In this document: positions 1 through 9,357 of the stretch, piece after piece
Layout of the letters: every line of letters begins with the position of its first letter
How positions within the stretch are numbered: the first letter of the stretch is position 1
Source: Patescibacteria group bacterium
Lineage (GTDB): Bacteria; Patescibacteriota; WWE3; UBA101185; 2-01-FULL-41-18
Assembly: GCA_038064575.1 (NCBI GenBank)
Contig: JBBTST010000002.1
Span: forward strand, 9,992-73,991
Direction of reading: 5' to 3'
DNA: 64,000 nt
The notes under the pieces: model-generated
What the model was told of the DNA's origin: nothing
The model's database searches: none
Seen by the model: the letters and a program-made list of their open reading frames with translations, nothing else
Program-made: the position numbers and the translations under genes

Positions 1-308
1 CCAAGCGCATTTATTTCAAAATCTCTTCTAGGCTTTTCTACGGAAGTGGTAACAGCAACTTGAGCAGCCAAATGAAAAACCCTGTCGGCGCTTTTTAAGG
101 ACTCTTTTAATTTTTCTGGGTTTTTTGTTATGTCAATTTTCAGGAATGATAATTTTCTAGGAAATTTGCTGTTTAACCACCCCAAGTTTTTTTCAGAACC
201 GCTTCTTGACAGGTCGTCTGCCACTACAACCTCCTGTTTCTTTTCAAGCAATCTGTTTGCCAAATTGGATCCAATGAACCCAGCGCCTCCTATAATTATA
301 TTTTTCAT
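1..308 (-). CDS. NAD-dependent epimerase/dehydratase (SDR family), N-terminal part; gene runs off the window start
   Basis: Reverse-complement translation from the ATG at 308 gives MKNIIIGGAGFIGSNLANRLLEK..., with a Rossmann GxxGxxG motif typical of UDP-sugar epimerases and dehydratases. The + ORF 130..321 lies antisense to it. Confidence 0.75.
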   Translation of the reverse strand, partial: MKNIIIGGAGFIGSNLANRLLEKKQEVVVADDLSRSGSEKNLGWLNSKFPRKLSFLKIDITKNPEKLKESLKSADRVFHLAAQVAVTTSVEKPRRDFEINAL

Positions 309-359
309 ATATTTGATATAGTGTCTTGTAGATTATAAAACAGGTTATTCTCAAAACAA

Positions 360-2480
360 GTGTTTTTTATGACTTTTAAAGAAAACGGTGTTCAGAAAGT
401 TTTATACTTTTGTTGTTATACACTCTTTTTTTTATCTTTAATCCAATTATTTAATCATATAGGTAATAGGGAACTAGATTTGAATTTATTTTATAATTCG
501 GACTCTTTGTCACATCCTGTAATATTTAAGGATTTGTTTGAGGATGGGTTTTCCTATTCCGGCTGGATGTTTTCAGATTCTCCAGCCTTTTTTCCGGACT
601 TTCTGTTTTATTCCTTTTTCCGAATTGTCACTGGAAACTTTCTTCTAGCCTCTTTACTTAACAGTCTAGCCATTTTCTTGTTAATATTTGTTTTTTTTGA
701 TCTTTTGCTGCGGGAAATAGTTAATCAGAACTCCTACTTGCTGAGGTCTTTTGCGCTGCTAATTGGAACTTTGTTATCTGTGTTAATGGGTGTTGGTAAA
801 GGCTTTCTTTTTTTTGTTCTTTTTCTCTCCCCGGATTTTCATGTGGGTACGTTGGCAATTTCAGTTTGTAGCTTGGTGTTGGTTATGATTTTTTTGAGAG
901 GTGGAAAAAAAAGATATTTATACTTACTTTTCTTTATTTCACTGTTAGTAGGTATTTTTGACAGGCTTTGGGTTATCCATTTTGTTGCGCCTATTATGTT
1001 AGCCTCAACGCTATTATTTATGCTTGGCAAAAACTACAGATTGAGGTTGTTGTACATGTTGGTTGTAGTACTGAGCTCTTTTTTGTTGGGTTGGCTCATT
1101 TATAAAGTTATTGTGCCTTTTCCTACCTCCCCAAGTCTTAAACTGGACATAGCAGTTTTTTTAAACTTGTTAAGGGATATAAGGTTGTTGCTTACTAGTA
1201 AGTACCTAACCATTAATGTTGCGAGTGTTGATTACAGATTCAAAAACACGGTTTTTCCTTTTGTCTGGGTAATAATAATCACTTTTTTTTCATCCCTGGC
1301 TCTAATCTTAAAAAAGATATTAAAGAAAGAATTCTTGCATGTCCTTACCACTATGGACTTTTTCCTTATTTTTTATATTTTTTTGGTGATTTGTGACTTT
1401 TTAGGAACTGTTGTCTCAGGGCAGTATGTAGCCTTGACTCACTCAAGGTATTTTACGCCGCTTTTTATTTATTCAATGATTTCATTTCTGGTATTTCTAC
1501 ATTTTTTAATAAACAGACTTCAAAAAACCTACATTGCTATGCTTTGGGTATTTTTGATAGTGAATCAATTGCTTTTAATAAAGCCAGGACTTTCAACTAA
1601 CAGTTTTAAAAGCTATAAATCTTTGGTTAATTACAGACCACAAATTGTAGATTGTTTAGATCGGGCCAAAGAAACGTATGAGTTAAAGTACGGCTTGGCT
1701 GATTATTGGAATGCCCATCAAATAACAATGTTTTCTATAACAGGGTTAAGAGTTTATCAAATTCATACTTACTATCCATCTCCAAACCCTTATCACTGGA
1801 ACAATAATGTGGATTGGTATCTAGGAGATTTAAAGAGCAAATATGAAAAGCCCACATATAACTTTGTTTTACCAACAAGATTAAATGAAGAATATATTAG
1901 GTTTGGTTTAGGGGAGCCGTACAAAAAAATTTATTGCTCTTCACAAGAGGTTTGGTTATACTCAGGCGACACGGAAGAAAGGGTAAAATACGCTATCTCA
2001 CCCAGAGTTCTTTTCAGACAATTAAGACTGCCCGGAAATAAACTTCTTATGAACGGAGACGAACTCAATAGTGTTTTGCTTGACCCATATGAAATTTTGA
2101 GAGCTTCTCAAACAGCCAAAGTTGGTAACAGTTTAGTCGCTGATAACATGCTTGCCAAGCCCGGAAATGTTGTGCTCGGTCCATATTTTTACATAGAAAA
2201 TGGGATTTATAAGTTCACCCTGCTTTATAATAATGATGCGCTACAAGCTCAAGGAGGTCCAGTTTTGACAATATCTAAAAACTCAAAGCCAAATTTTCTT
2301 AAACTACCGTTATGGAGCACAAAGAGCCAGGATAGAAAGCTAGAAGGTTATTTCCAGATAGCATCATCAAAGATGGGTATAGGTAGACTGTATAGAACGG
2401 AAGATATCCAATTTAAAATATATCATAGCGGTAATAGTACTTTGAAATTAATTAGTCTTGAGCTTGAAAGAGTTAGGTAG
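360..2480 (+). CDS. Polytopic membrane protein, about 10 or more TM helices followed by a roughly 300 aa soluble C-terminal domain; putative GT-C-like glycan-modifying enzyme
   Basis: 706 aa ORF. The N-terminal 400 aa are very hydrophobic (F/L/I-rich helices) and the C-terminus is hydrophilic. The gene lies in the glycosyltransferase locus. No catalytic motif was recognised. Confidence 0.5.
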   Translation: MFFMTFKENGVQKVLYFCCYTLFFLSLIQLFNHIGNRELDLNLFYNSDSLSHPVIFKDLFEDGFSYSGWMFSDSPAFFPDFLFYSFFRIVTGNFLLASLLNSLAIFLLIFVFFDLLLREIVNQNSYLLRSFALLIGTLLSVLMGVGKGFLFFVLFLSPDFHVGTLAISVCSLVLVMIFLRGGKKRYLYLLFFISLLVGIFDRLWVIHFVAPIMLASTLLFMLGKNYRLRLLYMLVVVLSSFLLGWLIYKVIVPFPTSPSLKLDIAVFLNLLRDIRLLLTSKYLTINVASVDYRFKNTVFPFVWVIIITFFSSLALILKKILKKEFLHVLTTMDFFLIFYIFLVICDFLGTVVSGQYVALTHSRYFTPLFIYSMISFLVFLHFLINRLQKTYIAMLWVFLIVNQLLLIKPGLSTNSFKSYKSLVNYRPQIVDCLDRAKETYELKYGLADYWNAHQITMFSITGLRVYQIHTYYPSPNPYHWNNNVDWYLGDLKSKYEKPTYNFVLPTRLNEEYIRFGLGEPYKKIYCSSQEVWLYSGDTEERVKYAISPRVLFRQLRLPGNKLLMNGDELNSVLLDPYEILRASQTAKVGNSLVADNMLAKPGNVVLGPYFYIENGIYKFTLLYNNDALQAQGGPVLTISKNSKPNFLKLPLWSTKSQDRKLEGYFQIASSKMGIGRLYRTEDIQFKIYHSGNSTLKLISLELERVR

Positions 2481-2507
2481 ATGGTACTATACTGACAACT
2501 TATAATT

Positions 2508-5500
2508 ATGTTTAAAAGGATTTTATCAAAACTTGTTAAATTCTTAATATCTTTAATATCTATAGAGTTACTTTTACTTCTAATTTTTAATTTGTTAGTT
2601 TTTTTGGGACTGCTAATGTTTAAAAGTCAGCTGGCCTATGGGGATTTGCCACCTTTTCCAGAGTCTTATCAGACAGCTTTTGAAGACTTTTTTTATGTTT
2701 GGAAAAATTTTTCCTTTGGTTTGTATAGATATCCAGGACAGTTACAACCACTTCTGCAGGGTCTATTACTCCTTCTTTTTGGCAGTCCTGTACTTGCCCA
2801 AAAAGTTTATATGTTTTTCCTACCTGTAATGGCATTTTTGGGTTTTAAGTACCTGCTGAAAAGCTCTTATAAGAGTGTGAGCAGAATATCCGGTTTTATA
2901 ACGGCTTTCTTTTACGCCTACAGCCCCATTTTTATTCAGGAATTCATGGGAGGAACTCTATACTCCACACTGCTCGGCTTTGCGCTTTTTCCTGTGGTCT
3001 TTGCAAAGTCCATTCAGTTGTATGAGGATTTCAACCTAAGAAGAGTATTAATTCTGGCTCTTATTTTGGGAGGTATAGTATCTTTTTACCCGCATTTTAT
3101 TGTGATTTATTCAATTTCAATGTTTGTACCTTTTGTATTAGACGTTCTTTTAAATAGATTTAATAACTTAAAGATTTGGTTAGGGTTTTTTTTAGTGGGA
3201 GTATTGGTTATAGTGCTAAATCCTATTTTTGTGTTAACCAGCTTTAACCTTGTTAATACTTCTTCCGGTGTGACGTCGTCTTCTTTTTCAGCAAATGTAG
3301 AAAATTTTTTGAATGATGTTCATTACACTTATTATTGGAGCACATTTGGTAACATTTTTAGATTTGGAAATAATAATAGTCCACACGGTTATTCTGAGCA
3401 AAGTTGGTGGACGTATCAATTCTACGCGATTGTAACTTTTGTATTTGGTTACTGTTTTATCTTTAGAAGGAAAAAATGGAATGGGGTTTTTTGGTTTTCA
3501 CTATTTCCTTCACTTATCTTAATTATGGGCTTTGTGTATTTTACCCATTTAAACAAAACAGATTGGTTGTTTAAGTTGTTCTCCCCACTTATTCTTTTTA
3601 GAAATCCTGCAAAGCTAACTTATTTATCATTCTTTTTCTTTTCACTTCTTTTCTTTGAAGCTCTAAATTTTGTAGAATCCAGATCAAAGACAGCCTTAGT
3701 AAAATATATATTTTTTGTTCCCATAAGCATAAGTATCCTCATTTATATTTGGCCTGTATTTACACAGGATTTGAGCTTATCAAAGTACAGATCAGGTTTC
3801 ACTCTACCAAATGTTTATAAGGAAGTTATATCAAGAGTGGAGAAGGGTGAAGGCAGAAATTTTTGGTTGCCATCCTCTCATGAAAGCACCTCAATCAAGT
3901 TGGCGTGGCTTGATCAAAATAAGTTAGAATCTCAAATTGGAGTAAATCAATTTAGCGATGATTATTTTGTGGACGAAATCATCAACCCGCTAAATGCCTC
4001 TTTACTTAAGAGTAAGGAGCAAGAAATGAAAAACCTTCTAAATATTGCTCAGGTTAAAAATGTTATTTTGTTGAAAGACAAAAAAGACAACATATCAACT
4101 GAAACTTTATTTGGGTCTGGAAGTATTGTTGGTGGAAGCCAGGTTTTAAGTTCCTATTTGGATTTCCTGCCAAAACTTCATGACACAAAGAGTTATTCTA
4201 TTTATCATAATGATACTTACTACCCCACTTTTTTTGTTCCAGATACTTTTGCGTATGTTGATGATGATGCCGTCTTTAACGGGTTTTTGAATACAATAAA
4301 TCCTGAAGCAAAAATAGCTCTGATTAAGAGTAGCTTTTTTTCAAGCTTTCCTTCAAGTAGTTTTTCAGTGATTTGGCCTTCAAAAAAACACACCAACTTT
4401 GTAATGAGTGGCTGGGACCCGCTTTGGATTTGGCCTAGTGTTAGTGTAGATCCTAGAAATGAGGCTGTTTATAGCCTTGTTAGATTAAAAGAAAACTTCA
4501 TAAAATTAAAAAATTCAGATTTTTCTGAAAGAATTGAAACTCTTTTGTGGCTTGCTTCCAAAAGAGTTGAGGAAGTGTCAGAATTTAATATTACTCAAGG
4601 TAACTTAAGATCTAAGATTCTTGCAGAATATTATGCTTCCATGAGTGGGGGTTTTATTTTACTTGAGGGTTATCCTTCCAAAACTGATTCTAGATATCAA
4701 AAATTCTTGAGGAAATATTCTGAGTTTTTAAAGAGGGGATTAGAAAAAGCAAATGTTGATGAGCAGGATGGAGAGTTGGGTTCAAAACTACAGGCACTTT
4801 TAAAGGAAGCACAGAAAGTTACTTTAAAATTTGATTATAATTGTGGTCTAGACATTTGTTTTTATGGCCAGGTTCCAAAAAGCGCAAATTATGAATTAAA
4901 TCTGGGTTTGGAATATAAAGGACAAGAGCTTATTGAAGCTGGTGCTGTTTTGTCATCCGTTGGTCTAATGGGTGAAAAGGTTCTAGCCATTCCTCTTAAG
5001 AAGGGTCCAATTCAGAACTTGGGGGAAGTTTATTTGGAGAAGGACCATTATTATGAGCTTGAAATAGCGTTTCCTCCAGGAGAAAACCTTGTTTCAGAGG
5101 GGCCTTGGATTGAAGAAATTGAGCAGGCCCCGCCTGATTGGAATAAAATTGATTTTATAAAGACTGACTCATACCTTTTCCCACTTTTGAGTAATAAGAA
5201 ATACTCTAAGGTAAGTCAAGTTATGCACAAAAAAATAAAATCAATTAATGAAAAAGGAAGCTTTAGACTTACTTTTGATTATTTGTTAGATAATGGGGAT
5301 CTTGGGTATGCGGTGGTTCAGAGAGATAAGAACACAGGTAATTATATACAAGCTATGGGGGGCAGGGTTTCCCCAAATGTCAAAAGCTTTGAGAACTGTT
5401 TGAATGAAAATTGCTTTTCTACTCTTAATAAAACTTTCCAAACATCCGGTTTGGGGGAAGATGCTAGGGTAATCTTTTTTGTTGCTTCAAACAACAAGCT

Positions 5501-5993
5501 TTCTAAATTGGCGACTATAAAAAATGTAGCTCTAGAGCAAGTACAGGACATAGCAATGCATCTTAAAGCGGCCGGTTTTACTGATTACAAACCGTTAAGC
5601 ATTAAGCCAAAGCTAGTAAAATTACGCCCCTTTTTATACAAAGTAGAGTTTGAAGAATTAACTTCTGAAATACCAGTGGTTTTTAATCAAAGCTTTCACA
5701 GAGGGTGGAAACTTTTTAGAACTGACACATGCAAGGGGTGGATTGTGGGTTTTATTCCAAGGTGCAGGTATTTTTCTTCAAATGAATATGATGAAAACCA
5801 TACTCGCATAAACGGATTTGCCAATGGATGGGTAATCAAACCACAGGACTCTACAAACATAAGTTTTTATATAATTTTTGTACCCCAAATCCATTTTTTT
5901 ATGAGTTTAATCTTCAGCTTAGTAGTTTTGATAGTGTTTTTACTTATCTATTTAAGGAGGAAAACCTTTGAGAGAAGGAATTTATGGACTTAA
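2508..5993 (+). CDS. Giant membrane protein (1161 aa): N-terminal multi-TM domain, roughly 700 aa extracytoplasmic domain, C-terminal single TM anchor; YfhO-like or GT-C-like architecture
   Basis: Long ORF with about 12 N-terminal hydrophobic helices, a long hydrophilic middle region, and a terminal hydrophobic segment (FYIIFVPQIHFFMSLIFSLVVLIVFLLIYL) followed by basic residues. Confidence 0.5.
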   Translation: MFKRILSKLVKFLISLISIELLLLLIFNLLVFLGLLMFKSQLAYGDLPPFPESYQTAFEDFFYVWKNFSFGLYRYPGQLQPLLQGLLLLLFGSPVLAQKVYMFFLPVMAFLGFKYLLKSSYKSVSRISGFITAFFYAYSPIFIQEFMGGTLYSTLLGFALFPVVFAKSIQLYEDFNLRRVLILALILGGIVSFYPHFIVIYSISMFVPFVLDVLLNRFNNLKIWLGFFLVGVLVIVLNPIFVLTSFNLVNTSSGVTSSSFSANVENFLNDVHYTYYWSTFGNIFRFGNNNSPHGYSEQSWWTYQFYAIVTFVFGYCFIFRRKKWNGVFWFSLFPSLILIMGFVYFTHLNKTDWLFKLFSPLILFRNPAKLTYLSFFFFSLLFFEALNFVESRSKTALVKYIFFVPISISILIYIWPVFTQDLSLSKYRSGFTLPNVYKEVISRVEKGEGRNFWLPSSHESTSIKLAWLDQNKLESQIGVNQFSDDYFVDEIINPLNASLLKSKEQEMKNLLNIAQVKNVILLKDKKDNISTETLFGSGSIVGGSQVLSSYLDFLPKLHDTKSYSIYHNDTYYPTFFVPDTFAYVDDDAVFNGFLNTINPEAKIALIKSSFFSSFPSSSFSVIWPSKKHTNFVMSGWDPLWIWPSVSVDPRNEAVYSLVRLKENFIKLKNSDFSERIETLLWLASKRVEEVSEFNITQGNLRSKILAEYYASMSGGFILLEGYPSKTDSRYQKFLRKYSEFLKRGLEKANVDEQDGELGSKLQALLKEAQKVTLKFDYNCGLDICFYGQVPKSANYELNLGLEYKGQELIEAGAVLSSVGLMGEKVLAIPLKKGPIQNLGEVYLEKDHYYELEIAFPPGENLVSEGPWIEEIEQAPPDWNKIDFIKTDSYLFPLLSNKKYSKVSQVMHKKIKSINEKGSFRLTFDYLLDNGDLGYAVVQRDKNTGNYIQAMGGRVSPNVKSFENCLNENCFSTLNKTFQTSGLGEDARVIFFVASNNKLSKLATIKNVALEQVQDIAMHLKAAGFTDYKPLSIKPKLVKLRPFLYKVEFEELTSEIPVVFNQSFHRGWKLFRTDTCKGWIVGFIPRCRYFSSNEYDENHTRINGFANGWVIKPQDSTNISFYIIFVPQIHFFMSLIFSLVVLIVFLLIYLRRKTFERRNLWT

Positions 5994-6322
5994 TTGATAA
6001 AACAAAAACTTATCTGACAGTTACAAATATTGCAAATGCTTGGCTTTTGATTGTTGTTGTAGGTTTGTTTTTATTGTTCTTTACTCGGTTTTCTCCAATT
6101 TTAGTTCTAACCCCTCTTTTTTTGTTATGGTTTTTGCTGTTATGTATTGACCAAAAACTTTTTGTCATAAATTTGATACTTACTTTCCTTTCTCTAATTA
6201 TTGCACTAATATGTCTGCTGTTTAATTTTTTATTTGTTTCAGAAGCTATGTTTTATGCATTTTTTTTACACTGTGTAATACTTATTTTGTATCAGTTAAT
6301 AACTGTGCTCAGGGAAAACTAA
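5984..6322 (+). CDS. Small 4-TM membrane protein (GtrA-like size and topology)
   Basis: 112 aa, four hydrophobic helices. It overlaps the upstream stop by 10 nt and sits inside the glycan operon. Confidence 0.4.
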   Translation: MDLIDKTKTYLTVTNIANAWLLIVVVGLFLLFFTRFSPILVLTPLFLLWFLLLCIDQKLFVINLILTFLSLIIALICLLFNFLFVSEAMFYAFFLHCVILILYQLITVLREN

Positions 6323-6324
6323 TT

Positions 6325-7962
6325 ATGGCTTTTATAATTGGGGGTTTAGATGATCAGTTGATTCTTTTGGTATGGGCTAATGTATCAAAACTATTCTTTG
6401 CCTTTAATAACAAGGCTTTTTACGATTTCTTTCTGTATAAGGAAGTTTTTTGGCCTTTGCTAAAACCTTTTGAGACCAATGAGCCCATTTTATGGTTGGT
6501 TATGTCTTTATGCCTCTCCATATTTGGAATAAATTTTTATAACTTCTTTCTTTTGTTCACTCTTGCAGCAGCTTTTACAGCAAGTTTTTACCTTTTTAAA
6601 GAATATAAGTTTGGGTTACTCTATTCTGTTGTCTTTACTTTTTCTTCCTATACATGGTCTCATTTAGGAATACATCTGGGGCTCTCTCAAATTTGGCTAC
6701 TTCCAGTATTTTACAAGATTTTTCTGGATGCATTAAAACTTAAATCTTTTCAAATTAAAAAGTTTTTTATAAGTGGAGTAATCTTAGCGTTAATTGCTTT
6801 AACCGCCAATTATTTAGCCTTTTTTATATTGCTGTCATTGTTTGCTGGAGTAGTTTTAATAGTAATATTACCGTCTAAAATTAAACTCTTTCCGGTGAGC
6901 CTGTTGGTGAAGGGGACAATGGTAACCTTTGTAGTTTTTGTTTCCATCTCAATTGCTACTTTATACCCTTTCATAAAAGCAAACTACTTTGACCCCGCCT
7001 TGAACGGCCCTAAAGCACAAATGATGGTAATAGATAGACCACTTTCAGACTTTTTCACATTTAGTACAAGACCCTGGTACTTTTTTATTCCTCCGCCGAG
7101 TAACCCAATCTTAGGGGGGCTAGGTCAAAGAATGATCTCAACAATTAAATCAACTAACTATTTTCTTGCCGATGACTATTTTGAGGGCGAGCACGCAGCA
7201 AGTTTTTATGGGTATTCTCTTTATATACTATTTGGTACTCTCTTTATTACCCTTGTCAAGAAAAAAAAAGTTCCCAAAGAATCCATATTTTGGTTGCTTC
7301 AAGCGTTGGTACTTTTTTTAATAGCACTGCCCCCTTTTATAAGTTTGAACGGTATTAAAATCTATACGCCAGGTTTCTTACTCTTCAAGTTTTTCCCTAT
7401 GTTTAGGGTCTCTACCAGATTAGGAATCTTTATACTATTCTTTTGTATTCTTGCTTTGGCTGAGTTAATTAAGGTTTATTATCCTTTGGTAGTGAGAAAA
7501 AGACTTTTTGTTTTTTGTGTCTTTACGGCTTTTATAGTGTCGATTATTGAGGTTTTTGTTCCGGTAAAAATATTTAAATATGAAGATCCTCCTGACGTAT
7601 ATGTTTATCTAAAAGCTAAGACTGATGGATCTACCTTTGTAGTATTTCCTTATTCAAAAACAAAAGAAGCACTTTTTTGGCTTCCTGTACACCAGAAGTT
7701 TTTATTAAATCCCAGAGGTGCTTTTTTTAAAAATTTTTATTCTGAGACTTTTACTAAAGCTTTAAATACAAATGAAGGCATTTTTAAACTTAAGGATTAT
7801 AATGTTAGGTATCTTATTGTGTTTAAGAATTCAAAAGAAGCTGATTTAAAGGAAATATTAACTCATCCGCTTCTTCAACTGGAAGCAGAATTTGAAGATT
7901 CCTATCTTTTGTTGGTAGGGGAGGATACCATTTATTCCCATGCAGAGGTAAGAAGTTATTGA
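6325..7962 (+). CDS. Polytopic membrane protein, putative GT-C-like glycosyltransferase
   Basis: 545 aa with many TM helices, an internal hydrophilic loop (…ANYFDPALNGPKAQMMVIDRPLSDFF…) and a C-terminal soluble domain. Same strand and tightly packed with neighbours. Confidence 0.45.
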   Translation: MAFIIGGLDDQLILLVWANVSKLFFAFNNKAFYDFFLYKEVFWPLLKPFETNEPILWLVMSLCLSIFGINFYNFFLLFTLAAAFTASFYLFKEYKFGLLYSVVFTFSSYTWSHLGIHLGLSQIWLLPVFYKIFLDALKLKSFQIKKFFISGVILALIALTANYLAFFILLSLFAGVVLIVILPSKIKLFPVSLLVKGTMVTFVVFVSISIATLYPFIKANYFDPALNGPKAQMMVIDRPLSDFFTFSTRPWYFFIPPPSNPILGGLGQRMISTIKSTNYFLADDYFEGEHAASFYGYSLYILFGTLFITLVKKKKVPKESIFWLLQALVLFLIALPPFISLNGIKIYTPGFLLFKFFPMFRVSTRLGIFILFFCILALAELIKVYYPLVVRKRLFVFCVFTAFIVSIIEVFVPVKIFKYEDPPDVYVYLKAKTDGSTFVVFPYSKTKEALFWLPVHQKFLLNPRGAFFKNFYSETFTKALNTNEGIFKLKDYNVRYLIVFKNSKEADLKEILTHPLLQLEAEFEDSYLLLVGEDTIYSHAEVRSY

Positions 7963-7993
7963 AGCTTAGGCCAATTGCTTAGGCTTAAAGTTT

Positions 7994-9352
7994 ATGAGAA
8001 TGAATATTTATATTAAAGACTTGCTCCTTTTTCTGATGTTTTTCTCTGTACTTTTCTTTCCCTGGTTTATTGTAAATGGACTTAAGGTAAATGACCTAGA
8101 AATTCAAAGTGAAGATACAATCCCCGCACTCTTTTTACCTGTGGCACTTCTTAAAGATAAAACTATTTATCTTGATAACTACTATCAGATGATGTTAGAA
8201 AGGTATCCTCATCCTGATGATAAAAAGGCAACGTTGGGTTTGACGCCCTATTATTTAAGGAAAGTTGACAAGCATTATTTATCAGCATTTCCTATTATGG
8301 CTAGTTTATTGAGTATTCCTGTGTATTTTATTGGGTTTTTGTTGGGGGCAGACGTGTCATGGGAAAGCCTGGTGTTTCTATCAAGATTTTCAGCAGCTTT
8401 AATTATAGCTTTGTGTGGAATGCTTATGAAGAAAATAGGGGAATACTTTTTATCTAATAAGAAGGCAGCTCTGTTAAGTTTTGTGTTTGTTTTTGCAACC
8501 GTCAACTTTGCTTCAATTTCTCAGGCCTTATGGCAACATGGAGTATTAGAACTTTTCTCTCTTCTGGGGGTTTATTTTTTACTTAACTCGAATAAAAATG
8601 AAAGAAATCTGATACTTTCAGGTCTTTTTTTTGGTTTTGCACTGATTTCAAGACCTACAGGCATTTTACCTTATATTCTCTTGTACCCTTTTATTTTTAG
8701 CTTCTATAAATTGAAGGGTATTTCCAGATACTTTATTGGAAGTTTGTTACCTATAGCTTTCTTTCTTTTTTATAATCAAGTTTTTTATATGGGTATCTCT
8801 AACCAAGGTTATTCAAATCAAGTACTAGACAGCTGGAAAACACCCTTTTATTTAGGTTTTCTTGGAATGTTTCTATCCCCGAGTAAAGGTATATTGGTAT
8901 ATTCGCCAGTTTTTATTTTTTCTTTAGTTGGTTTTTATAGGTTATTAAAAGAAAATACCTATTCCAAGCTTGAGAAAAACCTTTTCATATTTGCAGCCAT
9001 AGTAGCCTTTTTGCATATAAGTATTGTTTCTATGTGGAAGCATTGGTACGGTGGATGGTCCTTTGGTTATAGGATGGCTTCAGATATACTTCCCTATCTT
9101 AGTCTTCTTTTGATTCCTTATTTTAGCTCAGAAATTTATGAGAAATCCAAAAAATATTTTTATGCAGTTTTAATTTGGTCTGTAGGAATTGAACTTATGG
9201 GAATAGCTTTTTTTGATAGTGTCTGGCATGCAGCTTATGATAGAGGGTATAAAAATCAGTGGTGGCTCTGGTCCCTGCAAAATAGTGAAATAGTCTTTAA
9301 TATTAAAAGAGTACTTGTTAAGCTTAAACTAATAAATGTAGTACTTCCTTAA
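7994..9352 (+). CDS. Polytopic membrane protein, putative GT-C family glycosyltransferase (ArnT/PMT-like)
   Basis: 452 aa, about 11 TM helices. The first periplasmic loop carries acidic residues near TM1 (…EIQSEDTIPALFLP…), as is typical of GT-C enzymes. Confidence 0.4.
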   Translation: MRMNIYIKDLLLFLMFFSVLFFPWFIVNGLKVNDLEIQSEDTIPALFLPVALLKDKTIYLDNYYQMMLERYPHPDDKKATLGLTPYYLRKVDKHYLSAFPIMASLLSIPVYFIGFLLGADVSWESLVFLSRFSAALIIALCGMLMKKIGEYFLSNKKAALLSFVFVFATVNFASISQALWQHGVLELFSLLGVYFLLNSNKNERNLILSGLFFGFALISRPTGILPYILLYPFIFSFYKLKGISRYFIGSLLPIAFFLFYNQVFYMGISNQGYSNQVLDSWKTPFYLGFLGMFLSPSKGILVYSPVFIFSLVGFYRLLKENTYSKLEKNLFIFAAIVAFLHISIVSMWKHWYGGWSFGYRMASDILPYLSLLLIPYFSSEIYEKSKKYFYAVLIWSVGIELMGIAFFDSVWHAAYDRGYKNQWWLWSLQNSEIVFNIKRVLVKLKLINVVLP

Positions 9353-9357
9353 AAGCA

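Noticed and set aside
130-321. + strand 63 aa ORF at the window start
   Set aside because: Lies antisense to a well-supported NAD-dependent epimerase N-terminus (GGAGFIGS) on the minus strand; low-complexity translation.
7963-7993. Short direct repeat gcttaggc…gcttaggc flanking a CAATTG palindrome between two membrane-protein genes
   Set aside because: Only 8 nt, with no inverted symmetry beyond the 6-bp palindrome. Most likely chance sequence within an RBS-containing spacer.
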